Assembly (NCBI GenBank): GCA_014874385.1 | Contig: JACWAE010000025.1 | Location: 3,910-67,909 of the forward strand | Source of the DNA: Dehalococcoidia bacterium | GTDB lineage: Bacteria; Chloroflexota; Dehalococcoidia; SZUA-161 | DNA: 64,000 bases | Direction of reading: 5' to 3' | In this document: in pieces, positions 61,871 to 64,000 of the stretch | Position numbering within the stretch: position 1 is the stretch's first letter | How the letters are laid out: each line of letters starts with the position of its first letter | The notes under the pieces: generated by a model | What the model was told of the DNA's origin: nothing | Database searches by the model: none | Seen by the model: the letters and a program-made list of their open reading frames with translations, nothing else | Program-made: the position numbers and the translations under genes

Positions 61871-63223
61871 TTAAGCCTTCCAATGCTCCTTGAGGAAGCC
61901 GCCCACAGCCATGGCCTCGCGCGGACCCACCATAATCTTCCAGTCGGGCAGCGCCTCCTCGAGCTCACCTCTTAGCACTGCCACTCCGCCCGGGATAATC
62001 ACATTGCGGTGGCTCACCTTCTCCGCAGCATTCTGTCCTTTGACTGTCTTGGCTATCTTATCGGCATCGAACTTCCCTGCTGACCAGGCGGTCAGCACCG
62101 AGAGCCCCTCTGTATCGCAGACCAGCAGCCATGAGGACCAGCCCGATGCCTCGAGCTCTCCGGCTATGGAGAAGTAGGTCAGCGAGAAATTCGTAGTTAC
62201 GCAGAGCGGGCTTGTTGACTTGGGCTCCAGTATCTGATACAGGCCTGGCTTCATCTGAATCGGCTTCTGCGGGTCGGTGTAAACATTGAGCCGCAGCGTG
62301 AGCAGGCCGTAAGCGAAAGCAGGCGAGAAGTGGTCCAGAACGATGATGCCGCCATATTTGGCTATGTGCTGTCCTGCCAGAATCGCTTCCTCATCTGGAG
62401 AAGCAGCGCCTTCTCCGGGGAAGGATATTAGAGGATAGCCCACCGGCTCGAATCGCTTGTTCAAGGCCAACCTTCGCATCTGGGTAAAGGTGACCAGTGT
62501 GTCACCGAAGCCTCTAACGCCGGGGTCGAGGATAAGGTCTTCTACGCCGGCCTTCGCTGCCTTATCCGTCAGTTCGGCAAGCTCACTCAGCCCGTCTGAG
62601 CTGCGCACAGCCAGAGGGCAGGCATACTTCTTGGCCAGCTCTATCATCTTGTCGATATTTTCCTTGGTTGCGGCGTAGATAGCCGGCTTCGACTTGGCGA
62701 CTTTCTCCAGCGCTGCGCTCATGCTGTCGGGGTTCGTCGCCATAAGAACCAGGGGGAGAGTAGTCTTAGCGCTGACCGCTTCAACACACTGAGCGAATGT
62801 GGCTGCGTTTCCGGAGTCGTTCTGGATGGCGATGCCGTCAATGCCGAATGTCAGCCCCACGCGGTCTACCTTGTATTGGCCGACCTCTTCCGCGGTCTTG
62901 GCAGCCTTTTCCGGGCCGGCGGAATCCTTGACCCTGATCACGAGTCCGGGACGATGGAAGAAAGTTTTCTCGTGGCGGAACAGGACTGTCTCGTTGCCCA
63001 CCTCGATTTTCTTATCTCCGGCGCCCACGGCCACCAAGCGAATCGGCGGTTTGGAGGCTGCTTCCAGCGACTTTTTCGCTTCCTCGCTGACATATTTGCA
63101 GGCTGCAAGCTCGGCCTGGCTTGCTGCCAGCTTCATGGCAAAGGCCAGACATGTAGGCTGGCCGCATTCCTTGCAATTCGTTTTGGGTAAGAACTTATAG
63201 ATTTGAATACCTGTCAGTGCCAT
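61871..63223 (-). CDS. acsC: Corrinoid iron-sulfur protein large subunit (AcsC/CdhE-like)
   Basis: N-terminal 4Fe-4S motif 'CKECGQPTCLAFAMKLA...C', a TIM-barrel region and a C-terminal B12-binding domain. Confidence 0.88.
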   Translation of the reverse strand: MALTGIQIYKFLPKTNCKECGQPTCLAFAMKLAASQAELAACKYVSEEAKKSLEAASKPPIRLVAVGAGDKKIEVGNETVLFRHEKTFFHRPGLVIRVKDSAGPEKAAKTAEEVGQYKVDRVGLTFGIDGIAIQNDSGNAATFAQCVEAVSAKTTLPLVLMATNPDSMSAALEKVAKSKPAIYAATKENIDKMIELAKKYACPLAVRSSDGLSELAELTDKAAKAGVEDLILDPGVRGFGDTLVTFTQMRRLALNKRFEPVGYPLISFPGEGAASPDEEAILAGQHIAKYGGIIVLDHFSPAFAYGLLTLRLNVYTDPQKPIQMKPGLYQILEPKSTSPLCVTTNFSLTYFSIAGELEASGWSSWLLVCDTEGLSVLTAWSAGKFDADKIAKTVKGQNAAEKVSHRNVIIPGGVAVLRGELEEALPDWKIMVGPREAMAVGGFLKEHWKA

Positions 63224-63242
63224 TGTTCAGCTCTCCTTTCCT

Positions 63243-64000
63243 CTATTTATTCCCCATCAGCTTATGGATAGTAGCCTTAATCCGCTCTACGGACTTGGGG
63301 TGAAGCATGGTGATTAAATTGGAGCCTGAATTGATCACGGTTAGAGCGGTAAGTTCCTCCCAGATAATGCCGCGCTCTTCCACTGAGCCCCAGGCGGGTG
63401 GCATACCCTGACTGGCTTTTGCTTCTTTCTGGCGCCACGCCTCCGCACCAGCATGGCTCAAAACAGGCATGCTGACCATAGCATCGCCGCCCAGGGCGGC
63501 CAACCGCACGCGCTCGCGAATGGAGAGAGCGTACTCCAGACCGTATCCCAGCGCTCCGGTGTCCAGGTCCATGATGATGGAGTCCGCAGGAACTCCTATA
63601 TCGGTGAGCAGGATATTAAGCTGTTTCGCCAGGTTTATGTCCAGAGGACTCTTGGCAATGGCGACATGCCCGTCTGATATACATACGGCGGCAACTGTGC
63701 GGTAGTTTTTCTCCTCGCAGTTGCCCATAGCGATACGCTGTCCTTTCGCTGCCTCGGATACCGCAACCAGAACGGCGTTATCCTTCTCAGGTACCCCCGG
63801 CCCCAGAACGATAAGCGGCAGGTCAACTGCCGACAGCACTTTGTCCACTACCTTCTTGGCTTCGTCGGCGCCGGTATTGCCCATCTCAGGATGGGCGCTC
63901 ACCAATCTCAATGATATAGCCTCGGCACCGTATTCCGCAGCTTTCTTGGCCCAGGTTGCCGGGTCTTTCACTGCATCGCCCCAGGCAGAAAGCAGGCTCG
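63243..64000 (-). CDS. acsD: Corrinoid iron-sulfur protein small subunit (AcsD/CdhD-like), 5'-truncated by the window edge
   Basis: The frame stays open from 63971 to the window end (…SLLSAWGDAVKDPATW…). TIM-barrel-like sequence, adjacent to acsC. Confidence 0.75.
   Translation of the reverse strand, partial: SLLSAWGDAVKDPATWAKKAAEYGAEAISLRLVSAHPEMGNTGADEAKKVVDKVLSAVDLPLIVLGPGVPEKDNAVLVAVSEAAKGQRIAMGNCEEKNYRTVAAVCISDGHVAIAKSPLDINLAKQLNILLTDIGVPADSIIMDLDTGALGYGLEYALSIRERVRLAALGGDAMVSMPVLSHAGAEAWRQKEAKASQGMPPAWGSVEERGIIWEELTALTVINSGSNLITMLHPKSVERIKATIHKLMGNK

Overview
This 64-kb window looks like a chromosomal segment from an anaerobic bacterium, probably Chloroflexota/Dehalococcoidia-like. 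That guess is inference from three things: a 'YYYGGH' DUF2298 membrane protein, Wood-Ljungdahl genes, and characteristic REP families. No rRNA, tRNA or CRISPR array was recognised.

The core backbone contains:
- Housekeeping genes: rnhB, rnc, ftsY, mutS, mutL.
- A run of three GT-C-type membrane glycosyltransferase-like genes.
- A selenocysteine (in-frame UGA plus SECIS) formate dehydrogenase fused to a GltD-like NAD(P)H module.
- A NuoE/NuoF-like (Bfu-type) redox trio and nfnAB.
- The start of a CO-methylating acetyl-CoA synthase cluster (acsE, cooC, acsC, acsD).

Several small AT-rich accessory islets are embedded in this backbone:
1. A 3.75-kb cassette (39683-43433) bounded by ~52-bp imperfect terminal inverted repeats, with no transposase. 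It carries a nonsense-disrupted DUF6932-like nucleotidyltransferase, an XRE-HTH/ImmA-IrrE metallopeptidase fusion, a Beta-protein/sce7725-like protein and a convergent sce7726-like PD-(D/E)xK nuclease. This is my best candidate for an uncharacterised conflict/defence system.
2. An IS1595-family element (45914-48450) whose 39-bp inverted repeats also enclose a HEPN (Rx4H) protein and a 2-TM protein as passenger genes.
3. An HNH-endonuclease islet (about 14.25-16.08 kb).
4. Two type II TA pairs.

Two single-gene inserts are each flanked by a decayed duplicate of the 3' end of the neighbouring gene (patatin, DegV). At least three families of palindromic REP-like repeats populate the intergenic regions.
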